Source of the DNA: an uncultured delta proteobacterium
Lineage (GTDB): Bacteria > Desulfobacterota > Binatia > UBA9968
Assembly (NCBI GenBank): GCA_963727625.1
Contig: CAVSHR010000004.1
Coordinates: 1,408,001 to 1,472,000, forward strand
Direction: 5' to 3'
DNA length: 64,000 nt
A program made the position numbers and the translations under genes. A model generated the notes under the pieces. It was not told the DNA's origin and searched no databases. It worked only from the letters and a program-made list of their open reading frames with translations. This document shows, in pieces, positions 22,737 through 32,258 of this stretch. The first letter of the stretch is position 1; the number at the start of each line of letters is the position of its first letter.

Positions 22737-22787
22737 GCCCAAATCACCTTTGTCGAGCGCTCAACAGTTGTAACTTAAAACCTTGAA

Positions 22788-22836
22788 GTTCGAGCCGCGC
22801 GAGAGCTCGGCTTGAACGATTTGAACTGTTTGAACG
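22788..22836. repeat. Hairpin plus tandem TTGAAC repeats
   Basis: GTTCGAGCCG...CGGCTTGAAC; TTGAAC at 22812, 22821, 22830. Confidence 0.55.
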
Positions 22837-22855
22837 AAATCATTAGGGTGACGTT

Positions 22856-23392
22856 ATGGCGGACAAAGATCATTTGATACTGACGGCGATCGGCCCGGAT
22901 CAAGTCGGCCTGGTGCAGAAGATCTCGGCATTCATCTCGCGCCATGGTTGCAACATCGAGGACAGCAAGATGGCGGTTTTTTGCGGTGAGTTCGCAGTCA
23001 TTGTGCTGATCAGCGGCGACTTCGCCGCTCTCGACCAGATCATGGGCAACTATCGAGAAATCGAAAACGAAACCGGCCTGTCGATTTCAATCAAAGCACC
23101 GCTGATGCGCACGCCGCCGCAAGCCTTCTTGCCCTACAAGCTCACGGCCTCCTGCATGGATCATCCCGGCATCGTTTACCGGATCAGCAACGTATTGAGC
23201 AGCCTCGGCGTGAATATCGAGTCGATGGAGACCAAAACTTACGCTGCGCCGGTCAGCGGTACGCCTATTTTTCAACTCGAAGCGGATCTCGCCGTGCCGA
23301 CCCGGACGAATATCAATCAGCTGCGCGAGCGCTTCAACGAAATCCAGCGCGAAGAAAATATCGACATCGACTTGGCCGCGATCAAAAGCTAG
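22856..23392 (+). CDS. GcvR-like double ACT-domain protein
   Basis: TAIGPDQVGLV, GCNIEDSKM, DHPGIV, GVNIESM. Confidence 0.85.
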   Translation: MADKDHLILTAIGPDQVGLVQKISAFISRHGCNIEDSKMAVFCGEFAVIVLISGDFAALDQIMGNYREIENETGLSISIKAPLMRTPPQAFLPYKLTASCMDHPGIVYRISNVLSSLGVNIESMETKTYAAPVSGTPIFQLEADLAVPTRTNINQLRERFNEIQREENIDIDLAAIKS

Positions 23393-23505
23393 CTTTCGCT
23401 ATTCAAAGGCCGGCCACCTTCGAGCAGCTTGCGAATTTTTCTCCGCTTTTTTTCCAGCGCTCGGTACGACTTGACCGGCTGGAACGATTGGATCGAAATG
23501 TCAAT

Positions 23506-24855
23506 CTAACGCGTTTGAGCGTGGGGTACCGCCCCAGAGTCTGGGGCCTGTTCAGTCTCCAGCGAGTTTTGTTTGCGCCCGAGCCATAACCCATTGATTA
23601 GCCAGGCAAGCGAGATCGGTACCGCCACCACGGCGATGCCGGTCATGCCCATGCCGAGCCAAGCCAGAGCCCCATAGGACCACGCGCCCACTTGATCGCC
23701 CGATCGGTAAATCACCGTGTCGATAAAACTCTTAGCTTTATATTTGTCCTCACGCGGCACGACCGTGAACAACACTTCGCGCGCCGGCCTGGCGAAGGCG
23801 AAGTTGCCGGCGCGCCGGATCACCTGATAGGCCACCAGCACTGCGATCGTCGGTGTCAACGCCAGCGTACTGAAGCCGATGATACTGATCAGCGGCAGCG
23901 CCGCCAGGGTGAGCGCTACGCCGAACCAGCGCAGCACCCGGCCGGTGAGAAAGAGTTGCCCTCCCAGCGTCAGAATATTCACCCATAGATCGACCCGAGC
24001 GAAGAAGGCCGTGCGTGCGCCGCGTGACACAAAGCTTTGCTTGACGATCTCGGCCTGCTGAAAATAAAGAAACGTCGACGTGATCGCGAACAGCAAAATA
24101 AAAAGGCACAGGTTGATCAGGTACGGCGAGGCGAGAGCATGTTTGAAACCGGAGAGCGCCGAACCGCCGATGGGCGATTCATCACGGGGCGCCGACGGTC
24201 TCAGATGCAAGGCGTCGGATAAACGGGAAAGACGCCGCACGCAAAAAATTGCCGCCTCCAGAAGCGTGGCGGATGCCAACAATAGATAGCTCGCCCGCAC
24301 GTGACTTGCCAGCGCGGCGGTGACGCTCGAGCCGACGATGCCGCCGACGGTCGCACCCGCGGCGATGAAACCGAAGAGCCGCTTGCCCTGCTCGGCATCG
24401 AAGACATCGACGATCAAGGCCCAAAACACCGACACCACGAACAGATTGAAAATTGAAACCCAAATAAAAAACAGCCGGCCGATCCATATATTTTCCGCCG
24501 CGCTGGCGCCATGCAGGAACAAGGCAAAAAAAAGTAGATTGACGAGAAAGAAACGATAGCTGGCAGCGATGAACTTAACTCGAGGCAACCGCGCAACTAG
24601 GGCGGCGAAAGCCGGATTGACCGCGATCATGCCGACCAAGGTGCCGGTAAACAGCCAGGGCAAATTCTCCACGCCTCCGGCGACCCCCATCTCGTCGCGG
24701 ATCGGCCGCAAAATATAATAAGAAAAAAGAACCGAAAAAATGTAAAGCCAGGCCCAACCGAGCGCGCGCAACTCGCTCGGCTGGACCGCAATCACCCACC
24801 GGAGCAGCTTGTGAACCGCGCGGTCGTTCGAGATGGTGGATTGTTCCGGTTCCAG
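23506..24855 (-). CDS. MFS transporter, ATP:ADP antiporter (AAA/TLC)-like family
   Basis: YYILRPIRDEMG, FNLFVVSVFW, QGKRLFGFI, RPAREVLFT, KYKAKSFID; start is GTG 24795 or CTG 24855. Confidence 0.85.
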   Translation of the reverse strand: MEPEQSTISNDRAVHKLLRWVIAVQPSELRALGWAWLYIFSVLFSYYILRPIRDEMGVAGGVENLPWLFTGTLVGMIAVNPAFAALVARLPRVKFIAASYRFFLVNLLFFALFLHGASAAENIWIGRLFFIWVSIFNLFVVSVFWALIVDVFDAEQGKRLFGFIAAGATVGGIVGSSVTAALASHVRASYLLLASATLLEAAIFCVRRLSRLSDALHLRPSAPRDESPIGGSALSGFKHALASPYLINLCLFILLFAITSTFLYFQQAEIVKQSFVSRGARTAFFARVDLWVNILTLGGQLFLTGRVLRWFGVALTLAALPLISIIGFSTLALTPTIAVLVAYQVIRRAGNFAFARPAREVLFTVVPREDKYKAKSFIDTVIYRSGDQVGAWSYGALAWLGMGMTGIAVVAVPISLAWLINGLWLGRKQNSLETEQAPDSGAVPHAQTR

Positions 24856-24890
24856 CTTAGACCTCGCCGTTCACCGCTGACGCGATCCGA

Positions 24891-25817
24891 TCACAGACGA
24901 TCGATGAATTGTTCCATCTTGCGCCGCGTCGCCCCATCCGGCAGCCGGCCGCGCGCCGCGCCCAGATTATCGACGACATATTCCGGTTTCGCCATGCCTG
25001 GCACGGCACAGGTGATGGCGGGATGGGACACGATGTATTTGAGAAAGAACTGCGCCCAGCTCTTGCATTCAAACTCTCCCGCCCACTCGGGAAGCTTTTT
25101 TCCCTGCACTGCGCTGAACAGCCGACCGCGACCGAAGGGCAGATTGATCATCACCGCCATGCCACGATCGCCCGCCAGAGGAATAATACGTTCACCGGCA
25201 TTGCGGTTGTCCAGCGCGTAATCCACTTGAATAAAGTCCAGGGACTCCTTCTTCATCACCTGCTCGAGCTCGCCGTACTGCCTGTCGAAAGAAGTCGTGG
25301 TGCCAACATAACGGATGCGCCCGGCCTGCTTCAAATCGCGAAGCGTGCGCAATTGTGTTTCGGTGTCACGCAGGTTGTGCACCGCGATCAAATCGATTTT
25401 GTCGGTTCTGAGACGCTTGAAAGACTCCTCGATCTGCGCGATTCCCCCCTCGCGCCCGACCTTGCGCAAACTCACCTTGGTGGCGAGAAACAGCGAATTG
25501 CGCACCTTGAGGCCATCGACTAGTTCGCCCACCACCGCTTCTGCGGCGCCGTAGGAAGGCGAAGTGTCGATCACTTTGCCGCCCAGCGCTTGAAACTGCC
25601 GGATGGTTTCCCGGAGCGGCGCTTTCTCAACGTCGTTTTTAATTTCCTCGTAACGGCGCGCCGTGCCGATGCCGATGATCGGAATAGCTTCGCCGGAGGA
25701 TGGAATTTTCTTTTGGATCAGCGGCTGTGCCTGAGCGAACAGCCCCTTTTCAGGCAGCAGCATCGCCGCGCCCAGTCCAATCCCGGCCTTGAGCATACTT
25801 CGGCGATGAATGTCCAT
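24891..25817 (-). CDS. Tat-exported aldo/keto reductase
   Basis: RRSMLK twin-Arg signal; IDTSPSYG, FLATKV, IDLIAVHN. Confidence 0.88.
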   Translation of the reverse strand: MDIHRRSMLKAGIGLGAAMLLPEKGLFAQAQPLIQKKIPSSGEAIPIIGIGTARRYEEIKNDVEKAPLRETIRQFQALGGKVIDTSPSYGAAEAVVGELVDGLKVRNSLFLATKVSLRKVGREGGIAQIEESFKRLRTDKIDLIAVHNLRDTETQLRTLRDLKQAGRIRYVGTTTSFDRQYGELEQVMKKESLDFIQVDYALDNRNAGERIIPLAGDRGMAVMINLPFGRGRLFSAVQGKKLPEWAGEFECKSWAQFFLKYIVSHPAITCAVPGMAKPEYVVDNLGAARGRLPDGATRRKMEQFIDRL

Positions 25818-26143
25818 AGGAACAGCTCCTTTTCGCGCTCAAGTCATCTAACACTGCGCGAGGGGCGATGCAAGAAACTGCGACTTAGAAAACCTCCGAA
25901 CGATGAAAGCGGAACCTGGCTGCCGATACTCTATCGAAGCCTCTTCCTCCTGTACTTTTCTGAGCGCGGCATTAGCATCGGCGGCCGTTGCGAATGGCAA
26001 ACCTCAAAGCGAGGGCGACAAGATGGGGCACAGTATTATTGAGCAACTAAATCAAACTGCACGCGCCTTCGCCCGGGAACAAAAGCAAAAGGAATTCACC
26101 GGCAAGCTCACGCCGGCCCGCGCCCGCGACCTGACGCCGCAGC

Positions 26144-26302
26144 GTGCGCGTGCTCAATCCGCGTCCCTTTCCCACCGCCGGCGGAATTCAAACCGTGCTC
26201 GCCGAAATCGCCAAGGAAGCCAAAGATATAACATTCAAGTTCGACGATTTTGTCGACATGCGGGCGCTCAGAGAGTTGGAAAAAGAACGGGTCTTCAAAT
26301 AG
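26144..26302 (+). pseudogene. C-terminal remnant of an NMT1/SsuA-like ABC substrate-binding protein
   Basis: VLNPRPFPTAGGIQTVLAEIAKEAKDITFKFDDFVDMRALRELEKERVFK*, resembling the end of the SBP at 53625-53981; upstream in-frame TGA. Confidence 0.5.
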
Positions 26303-28053
26303 CCGAGCCGCGACAGGTCGGCGCGCACCAGTACCAGCGGCGCGTCGCCTTCCGGGCCCCTGCCCTCGCTGCGCGCCAGAGGCGGCGGCAGATCGCCTGC
26401 CGCTTGCTGAATTTCCTTCCAGTCACGTTCGGTCATGATTAGGTACCCCTCGCCTTTGCCAACCGAGGCGGTTATGGTTGCCACCGGTTGCTCCAGCTTC
26501 GGGATAACCCCGCCGCGATAGAAGATCACCGGGTCGCTGTTGAACCGTCCGTAAAGATAAATCCTGTCGTTCGGTTGGACGCGTTGGTTCACGTCGTTCA
26601 TGAAACCACGGTAGCTCTTGCCCTGGGCAATCACCGGCATGACCACCGAAGAGCTGATCGAACCGTGCAGGACGGCGACCGCGACCAACTGATATGCCAC
26701 CGAAAGCAAGCGGCCCGACCACAGCGATCGCGCCAGCGAAAGCCACAAGAGCGCGGACAGCATCGCCGCCAACGTGAAGCTCCAACCGAAGTTATCGAGC
26801 TGGGTGCGCACCGCGACGAGATTGGCGCGGTCCTTGGCTTTGAGCAGCGCTTCGACGGGCGCAAAGAACCATCCTTGATCGTGGCTCCAAATGGCACCCA
26901 AGGTGATGATCACCAGCAACACGCCGCTGAACGCCGCAAAAATCGCTACGGCACGGTAGATCAGGAGCCGGCCCCTGCCGCATGCGACGGAATCGCGGAA
27001 CCAGCCGGCCAACAACAATGACAGCGCCGGATAGATCGGCAGCAAGTACACGGCGCGCTTGCCCGCGGCGACGGAGAAAAACACGAACATGACCAAGAAC
27101 CAGAGCTTTAGAAACCACCGATCATCGTCGGACCGGATGCCCGTTTTGAAAACATCCCAAAACATTAGCGGCAGAAAAATGCCCCAGGGCAAAGCCTGAG
27201 AAAACAAATATCCGATGTAGTAGTAGAATGGGTGGTTGTGGCCCGAGCCACCGGCGAAGCGGCGCAAATTTTCCTGCAAAATCTGCCGGTCGAAAAAGCC
27301 TTCGCCGCCGCGTGCTACCGCGACCACGTACCAACCCGTCGCCAACACCAGAGTCAAGACTACACCGGGATGAAAGGCAAATTTTTTGATTTTATCCCAG
27401 CGCCGCTCCAAGAGCGCGAAGGAGCCGGCCACCAGTCCCGGCAAGAGCAAACCCAACGGCCCCTTGGCCAGCGTGCCGATGCCGACCAGGACGAAAAACA
27501 GATAGAACCACAAAGCGTTGGTCAAATATTCGCGATAGAGCGCGTAAAACAGCACCAGGCTCAGGGTCACGAAGAAACACAGCGTCATATCCACCCGCGC
27601 GCTCAACGCCTGGTCCTGGTAAACCATCATGGTCGCGAGGATCGCCGCGCCGAGCAGTGCGGTTTTGGCGTTGTAAATCTTGCGGCCGAGCCAATACACC
27701 AACAATACCCCTAGGACAGCGTAGAGCGCCGACGGAAAACGAATGGTCGTTTCATTGAGCGACCCCGTCAGCTTTGTCACCAAAGCGGCGGACCAATGAA
27801 ACAGCGGCGGTTTAGAGGGAATGTCGGTGGCCCGCTTGAGCGGCACCAACCATTCACCGCGCTGGACGATATCCTGCACCGCCAGCGCCTCGCGCGGCTC
27901 GCCCTTGTCGAAAAATGGTGTCGCGTTGAGATAAGGGAAATATAAAATGCTGCATAAAAATAGCAAACAAATTACATGTGCCGGCGTACCGGCGTTGTTG
28001 CCAAGCTTGAAATCAAACACTGCTGCCTCCGTCTCTAAACGACGATAAAGCAA
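26188..28053 (-). CDS. ArnT/PMT-like GT-C glycosyltransferase
   Basis: DKGEPRE, KPPLFHW, RFPSAL, ARVDM, LAKGPLG, HPFYYY, KRAVYLLP; many TM helices. Confidence 0.88.
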   Translation of the reverse strand: MLYRRLETEAAVFDFKLGNNAGTPAHVICLLFLCSILYFPYLNATPFFDKGEPREALAVQDIVQRGEWLVPLKRATDIPSKPPLFHWSAALVTKLTGSLNETTIRFPSALYAVLGVLLVYWLGRKIYNAKTALLGAAILATMMVYQDQALSARVDMTLCFFVTLSLVLFYALYREYLTNALWFYLFFVLVGIGTLAKGPLGLLLPGLVAGSFALLERRWDKIKKFAFHPGVVLTLVLATGWYVVAVARGGEGFFDRQILQENLRRFAGGSGHNHPFYYYIGYLFSQALPWGIFLPLMFWDVFKTGIRSDDDRWFLKLWFLVMFVFFSVAAGKRAVYLLPIYPALSLLLAGWFRDSVACGRGRLLIYRAVAIFAAFSGVLLVIITLGAIWSHDQGWFFAPVEALLKAKDRANLVAVRTQLDNFGWSFTLAAMLSALLWLSLARSLWSGRLLSVAYQLVAVAVLHGSISSSVVMPVIAQGKSYRGFMNDVNQRVQPNDRIYLYGRFNSDPVIFYRGGVIPKLEQPVATITASVGKGEGYLIMTERDWKEIQQAAGDLPPPLARSEGRGPEGDAPLVLVRADLSRLGYLKTRSFSNSLSARMSTKSSNLNVISLASLAISASTV

Positions 28054-28101
28054 TCGTCGCGTGTCCGCAAAATCTTATTGCTGTTGCTTTTCAGAAGAAA
28101 T

Positions 28102-31100
28102 TTATCGAGTCACGGCTGCATCTGCTTTGCCGACGCCCAAAAGCACCAACAGCGCCGGCAGAACGATGAGCGCCAGCGGCAGCTGCACGCAGAGCCCCGA
28201 AACAATCGCGATCGCCAGCGGCTGCTGCATCGCCGCTCCCTGACCGATGCCCAATGCCAGCGGCATGAGAGCCAAAATGGCCGCAAACGTGGTCATTGCA
28301 ATAGGACGCATGCGATTGTTGCCTGCCGCAATGAACCGAACGTGCGCATCAGGTTCTTCCGACAGATCCGCGTATTCGGTTAAGTAAAAAATGGCCACCT
28401 CGGTAACGATCCCAACGATCATCGTCATACCCATCATTGAGGAAATATTCATCTCGGTGCCAGTGAGCCAGAGCCCAACGAAGACTCCGGCTAGGGCCAA
28501 CACCGAGGTAGCCACCATGGCAATCGCGACGCGAAAGCTCTCGTACAGAAAAAGCAGGAGCAAGAAAACCAGAGCAACCGCCGCCACGAACACTGCGACC
28601 AGTCCGGCGAACGCAATCTGCTGCTGGGCATAAAGTCCTCCCAGACTATAGTACACACTCCTAGGCAGTAGTCCTTGGCGATCCAGCGCTCGCTTTACCT
28701 CGGGAATCACCGAGCCGATGTCGCGGCCACTGATACGACCGGTTACGGCGACCATCTGTTTGAGGTCATCTCGGGTAATCTCCGCTTGGCCCGTTAGGAC
28801 ACTAACCGCGGCCACCCTTTTGAGCGGGAAGAGATGTCCATCCGGCGCACGCATACGCAACTCTTCAATGTCGCGGCGAGTGGCGCGTTGGTCTTCGGGT
28901 ATCCATGCCCTCACCCCGATGATCTTAGGGCCGCTCTGGACCTGGGTCGTCACGGCGCCGCTCAAGTAGTCGGAGAGCATGCGCGTGACGGCGTCAGGAT
29001 CGACGCCTTCCAGGCTCGCTTTCACGCGATCCACTTGAATGACTAACGCATCGCCTGCCAGTACGATGCCGTCTTTGACATCCACCACCCCGGGAATTTT
29101 TTCGATCGCGCTCGCGACCTTCGGTCCGAGCTTTTGTAGGAGATCGCCGTCATCGGAGTACAATTTGATCTCGATCGGTTGTGGCACGGCCGTTAAGTCG
29201 CCGATTAAATCTTCCATCAACTGTGCCATTTCGATTTCCAATCCGGGCACGGAACGCTCCACACGGGTGCGGACATCGTCGATGACCGATTCAATCGGGC
29301 GGCGCGGCAACGGCTTAAGCCGAACAAAAAAATCCCCGCTGTTTGCCTCGGTCAATCCGCCGCCAAGCTGGAGCCCGGTTCGACGGGAGTAGGTTTGCAC
29401 CTCGGGTGTCGCGCGCAGGACCGCCTCGACTTGCCGCAGGAGACGATCCGTTTCGGTGAGCGAGGTGCCCGCAGCGGCGCGGTAATCGAGAATAAAGCCG
29501 CCTTCGTCAGTGGAAGGCATGAACCCAGAACCGACGTTTCGGTAGCTGGTCCAACCTGCCGCGAGAAATGCAACCGCGATTAACAGCACTAACCACGGCT
29601 GGACCAGAACCTGGCGCATTACCACGCCGTAAATCTGACGACAATTTTCGGTGAAACGGCCGCCTTCCTCTTGGCGAGCGTCCTTTTCAGTCAGCAGATG
29701 ATCCGCGAGCAGAGGTACGGCCAGCCAGGCGACAAAGAACGAGATGAATAGACCGGCAGCCATGGTCAAGGACAATGCTTTAAAAAAGGCGCCGGTGACG
29801 CCGGAGAGAAAGGCCAGAGGAGCGAAGATGATGATGGTCGATGCTGATGAACCGGCCAACGATTTGGTAAATTCCGAGGCAGCCCGCAACACCCGACCAT
29901 GGTGGTCGCCGGCGCCTTCGCGCAGCCGGCGCATGATGTGTTCTACCATGACGATAGCGTCATCGATAATCAGCCCCACCGCCGCCGCCATCCCTCCCAG
30001 GGTCATAATGTTGAAGCTCATGTGGAATACGTAGAGCAGGAGAACGGTGGCGGCCAGCACGGCCGGCACGGTAACGGCAGCGATCAGAGTGATCTTCAGA
30101 TTGCGCAGGAAAAGCAGCAGAATGACCACCGCGAAAACAATGCCGACGAGAATCGAGTCGCGCACGCTCGCGGCTGAAGCCACGATCAGTTCGCTTTGAT
30201 CATACCAGTTGGCGATCTTGATGTCGGGCGGCAACTGCTTGCGAAACTCGGCGAGCTTGGTTTTGATTTCTCCGGCGATCTGTACGGTGTTGCCGCCCGG
30301 TTGCTGATGGATCTGGAAAATCACCGCGTCGTGCCCGTCAGCGGTCACCCGCGTCCATTGCGGAGATGTCCCTTCGCTGATGACGGCGACATCCTCGAGC
30401 CGCACCAACCCGGTGGGCCCCGAGCGTAGGATGGTGTCACGGATCTGTTTGAGATTGAGAAGCCGGGTATCGGACATCACGAGATAGAGCTTATAGTGAT
30501 CCTCCATGCGCCCCACCGCCTGGACCACGTTGGCGGCGGAGAGGGCTTTGGCGACATCGCTCAGCGACAAACCGTAAGAATCCAATCTTGCCGGATTGAC
30601 CGTCACCCGATATTCCCGCTGCGCGCCGCCCAGGATTTCGATCTTGGCCACGCCGGTGATCGTCGACAGCAACGGCCGCAGCTGGTAGAAGGCCAGGTCG
30701 CGCAAGTCAACCAACGAGTGGGTATCCGAGGTCAGGCTGTACGCAAGAACGGGGAACACCGTCGGATCCATCCGGCGGGCGTTGAAAGAGGCGCCCTGGG
30801 GCAGATTGGGCATGATCTGATTGATCGCCGACTCGACCTGCAACATGGCCGCGACCATGTCTTCGCCCCAGTCAAAATTGATCGACAATTCGGCGCTGCC
30901 GCGGCTTGTGGTCGATCGGAGATTTCGTACACCCGGAACCGCCCGCACCGCTTGCTCCACTGGAAAGGTGACCTCGATCATCATGCGTTCTGCCGGGCGA
31001 TCGCCGGCATCCAGGCTGACGACGATCCGCGGGAAGATGACCTGGGGAAAAAGCGCCACAGGGAGGCTTCGGCTGACCGCAGCGCCGCCGACAACCAACA

Positions 31101-31158
31101 CCGCGATGAAGAACAGCAAAGAGCGCCGGTGCAGCTGGATCCACGCCGAGAAATTCAT
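28102..31158 (-). CDS. RND efflux permease (AcrB/CzcA family)
   Basis: GLIIDDAIVMVE, FMPSTDEG, RMRPIAMT, QPLAIAIVSG; 1018 aa. Confidence 0.95.
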   Translation of the reverse strand: MNFSAWIQLHRRSLLFFIAVLVVGGAAVSRSLPVALFPQVIFPRIVVSLDAGDRPAERMMIEVTFPVEQAVRAVPGVRNLRSTTSRGSAELSINFDWGEDMVAAMLQVESAINQIMPNLPQGASFNARRMDPTVFPVLAYSLTSDTHSLVDLRDLAFYQLRPLLSTITGVAKIEILGGAQREYRVTVNPARLDSYGLSLSDVAKALSAANVVQAVGRMEDHYKLYLVMSDTRLLNLKQIRDTILRSGPTGLVRLEDVAVISEGTSPQWTRVTADGHDAVIFQIHQQPGGNTVQIAGEIKTKLAEFRKQLPPDIKIANWYDQSELIVASAASVRDSILVGIVFAVVILLLFLRNLKITLIAAVTVPAVLAATVLLLYVFHMSFNIMTLGGMAAAVGLIIDDAIVMVEHIMRRLREGAGDHHGRVLRAASEFTKSLAGSSASTIIIFAPLAFLSGVTGAFFKALSLTMAAGLFISFFVAWLAVPLLADHLLTEKDARQEEGGRFTENCRQIYGVVMRQVLVQPWLVLLIAVAFLAAGWTSYRNVGSGFMPSTDEGGFILDYRAAAGTSLTETDRLLRQVEAVLRATPEVQTYSRRTGLQLGGGLTEANSGDFFVRLKPLPRRPIESVIDDVRTRVERSVPGLEIEMAQLMEDLIGDLTAVPQPIEIKLYSDDGDLLQKLGPKVASAIEKIPGVVDVKDGIVLAGDALVIQVDRVKASLEGVDPDAVTRMLSDYLSGAVTTQVQSGPKIIGVRAWIPEDQRATRRDIEELRMRAPDGHLFPLKRVAAVSVLTGQAEITRDDLKQMVAVTGRISGRDIGSVIPEVKRALDRQGLLPRSVYYSLGGLYAQQQIAFAGLVAVFVAAVALVFLLLLFLYESFRVAIAMVATSVLALAGVFVGLWLTGTEMNISSMMGMTMIVGIVTEVAIFYLTEYADLSEEPDAHVRFIAAGNNRMRPIAMTTFAAILALMPLALGIGQGAAMQQPLAIAIVSGLCVQLPLALIVLPALLVLLGVGKADAAVTR

Positions 31159-32258
31159 CGCGCTGGGTCTACCTTGACCGACATGTCGTCCTTTAGCTGC
31201 GTGTTGCCCAAAATCACCACCGGCGCATCGCTAGGGAATTCCGTGGCTGCGATAATTTGGACCTCTGTCTTGTTCTGCAGTCCCAGGCGTACTGTATGTT
31301 CCTTGGCCCGGCCGTTTTCCACGGTAAAAAGAATGTAGTGGTCATCCATGGGAAGAACCGCGGAGCGAGGCACGATCAAACCCTGCGCGGAGGCGATGGC
31401 AATTTTTCCCAAGACATACTCGCCCAGTAAAAACTGCGAGGAAGGAGGCAGATCGGCAAAGACCTGAACCAGACGAGTGGCCGGGTCGGCAGCGCGGGAA
31501 ATTTTTTGAATGCGGCCGATGATCGCTCCGGATTCCGGCACGTTTACCCTTTGCAGCGATACTTTTTGTTCCGGCTTCACCTTGTCGATGTTATCCGGCT
31601 CGACGCCCAAGCGAACCGCCAGCCGGTTTTGCGCCACAACCTCGACCAGGGACGAGCCGGCTGCAACGATGGCGCCCTCCTGAACCGAGATTTTGGAAAT
31701 CAATCCGCTTACCTCGGCGCGAATCGCCCGCGAACTTTCGCTGCCGCGCCGGCGCATGCTTTCAGACTTGGCCTGGGCTTGGTCCAAAGCCTGCCGCGCT
31801 TGGAGCAGCTGATCGTTGGTCGCCAACTTGAGATCGAAGCGTTGCTGCATATATTCGAGCGCTGTCTTTGCCGACTGGTAATCATTGCGGGCCTGCTGCG
31901 CCAGAAGGCTGGTATCCGGGCTCGGCTCGATCTCCAGCAACGGCTCTCCCGGCGCTATCCGCTGGCCCTCGGTGACCGAAATGCGCCGAATTCTGCTTTC
32001 ATACGGCACCGATATCGTCTGCACTGCGCCTGTGGCGGGCACCACGGTGCCGTAAACGGTGATGTCTTCGCTTATCGTTTCTTTCTTGGCAGCGGCGACT
32101 TTTACCGAAGCGATCGGCCCTGCGCTCTGGTCGACCTTCGCGACGTTGTTCTCATCGGCCGTCCCAGACTGATCGCCACGCACAAACCACCAGTAGCCGA
32201 CGGCCATGAGCGCTGCGGTGGCTATGACGACGGCAATCGTTTTGAGCGTTCGAGTCAC
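31155..32258 (-). CDS. RND periplasmic adaptor (membrane fusion protein)
   Basis: N-terminal TM, lipoyl-like VTEGQRIAPGEPLL, DPATRLV, IVPRSAV. Confidence 0.92.
   Translation of the reverse strand: MTRTLKTIAVVIATAALMAVGYWWFVRGDQSGTADENNVAKVDQSAGPIASVKVAAAKKETISEDITVYGTVVPATGAVQTISVPYESRIRRISVTEGQRIAPGEPLLEIEPSPDTSLLAQQARNDYQSAKTALEYMQQRFDLKLATNDQLLQARQALDQAQAKSESMRRRGSESSRAIRAEVSGLISKISVQEGAIVAAGSSLVEVVAQNRLAVRLGVEPDNIDKVKPEQKVSLQRVNVPESGAIIGRIQKISRAADPATRLVQVFADLPPSSQFLLGEYVLGKIAIASAQGLIVPRSAVLPMDDHYILFTVENGRAKEHTVRLGLQNKTEVQIIAATEFPSDAPVVILGNTQLKDDMSVKVDPAR

Noticed and set aside
25903-26442. 179-aa plus-strand ORF
   Set aside because: Arg-rich, overlaps ArnT, and is better explained as decayed sequence containing the binding-protein remnant in another frame
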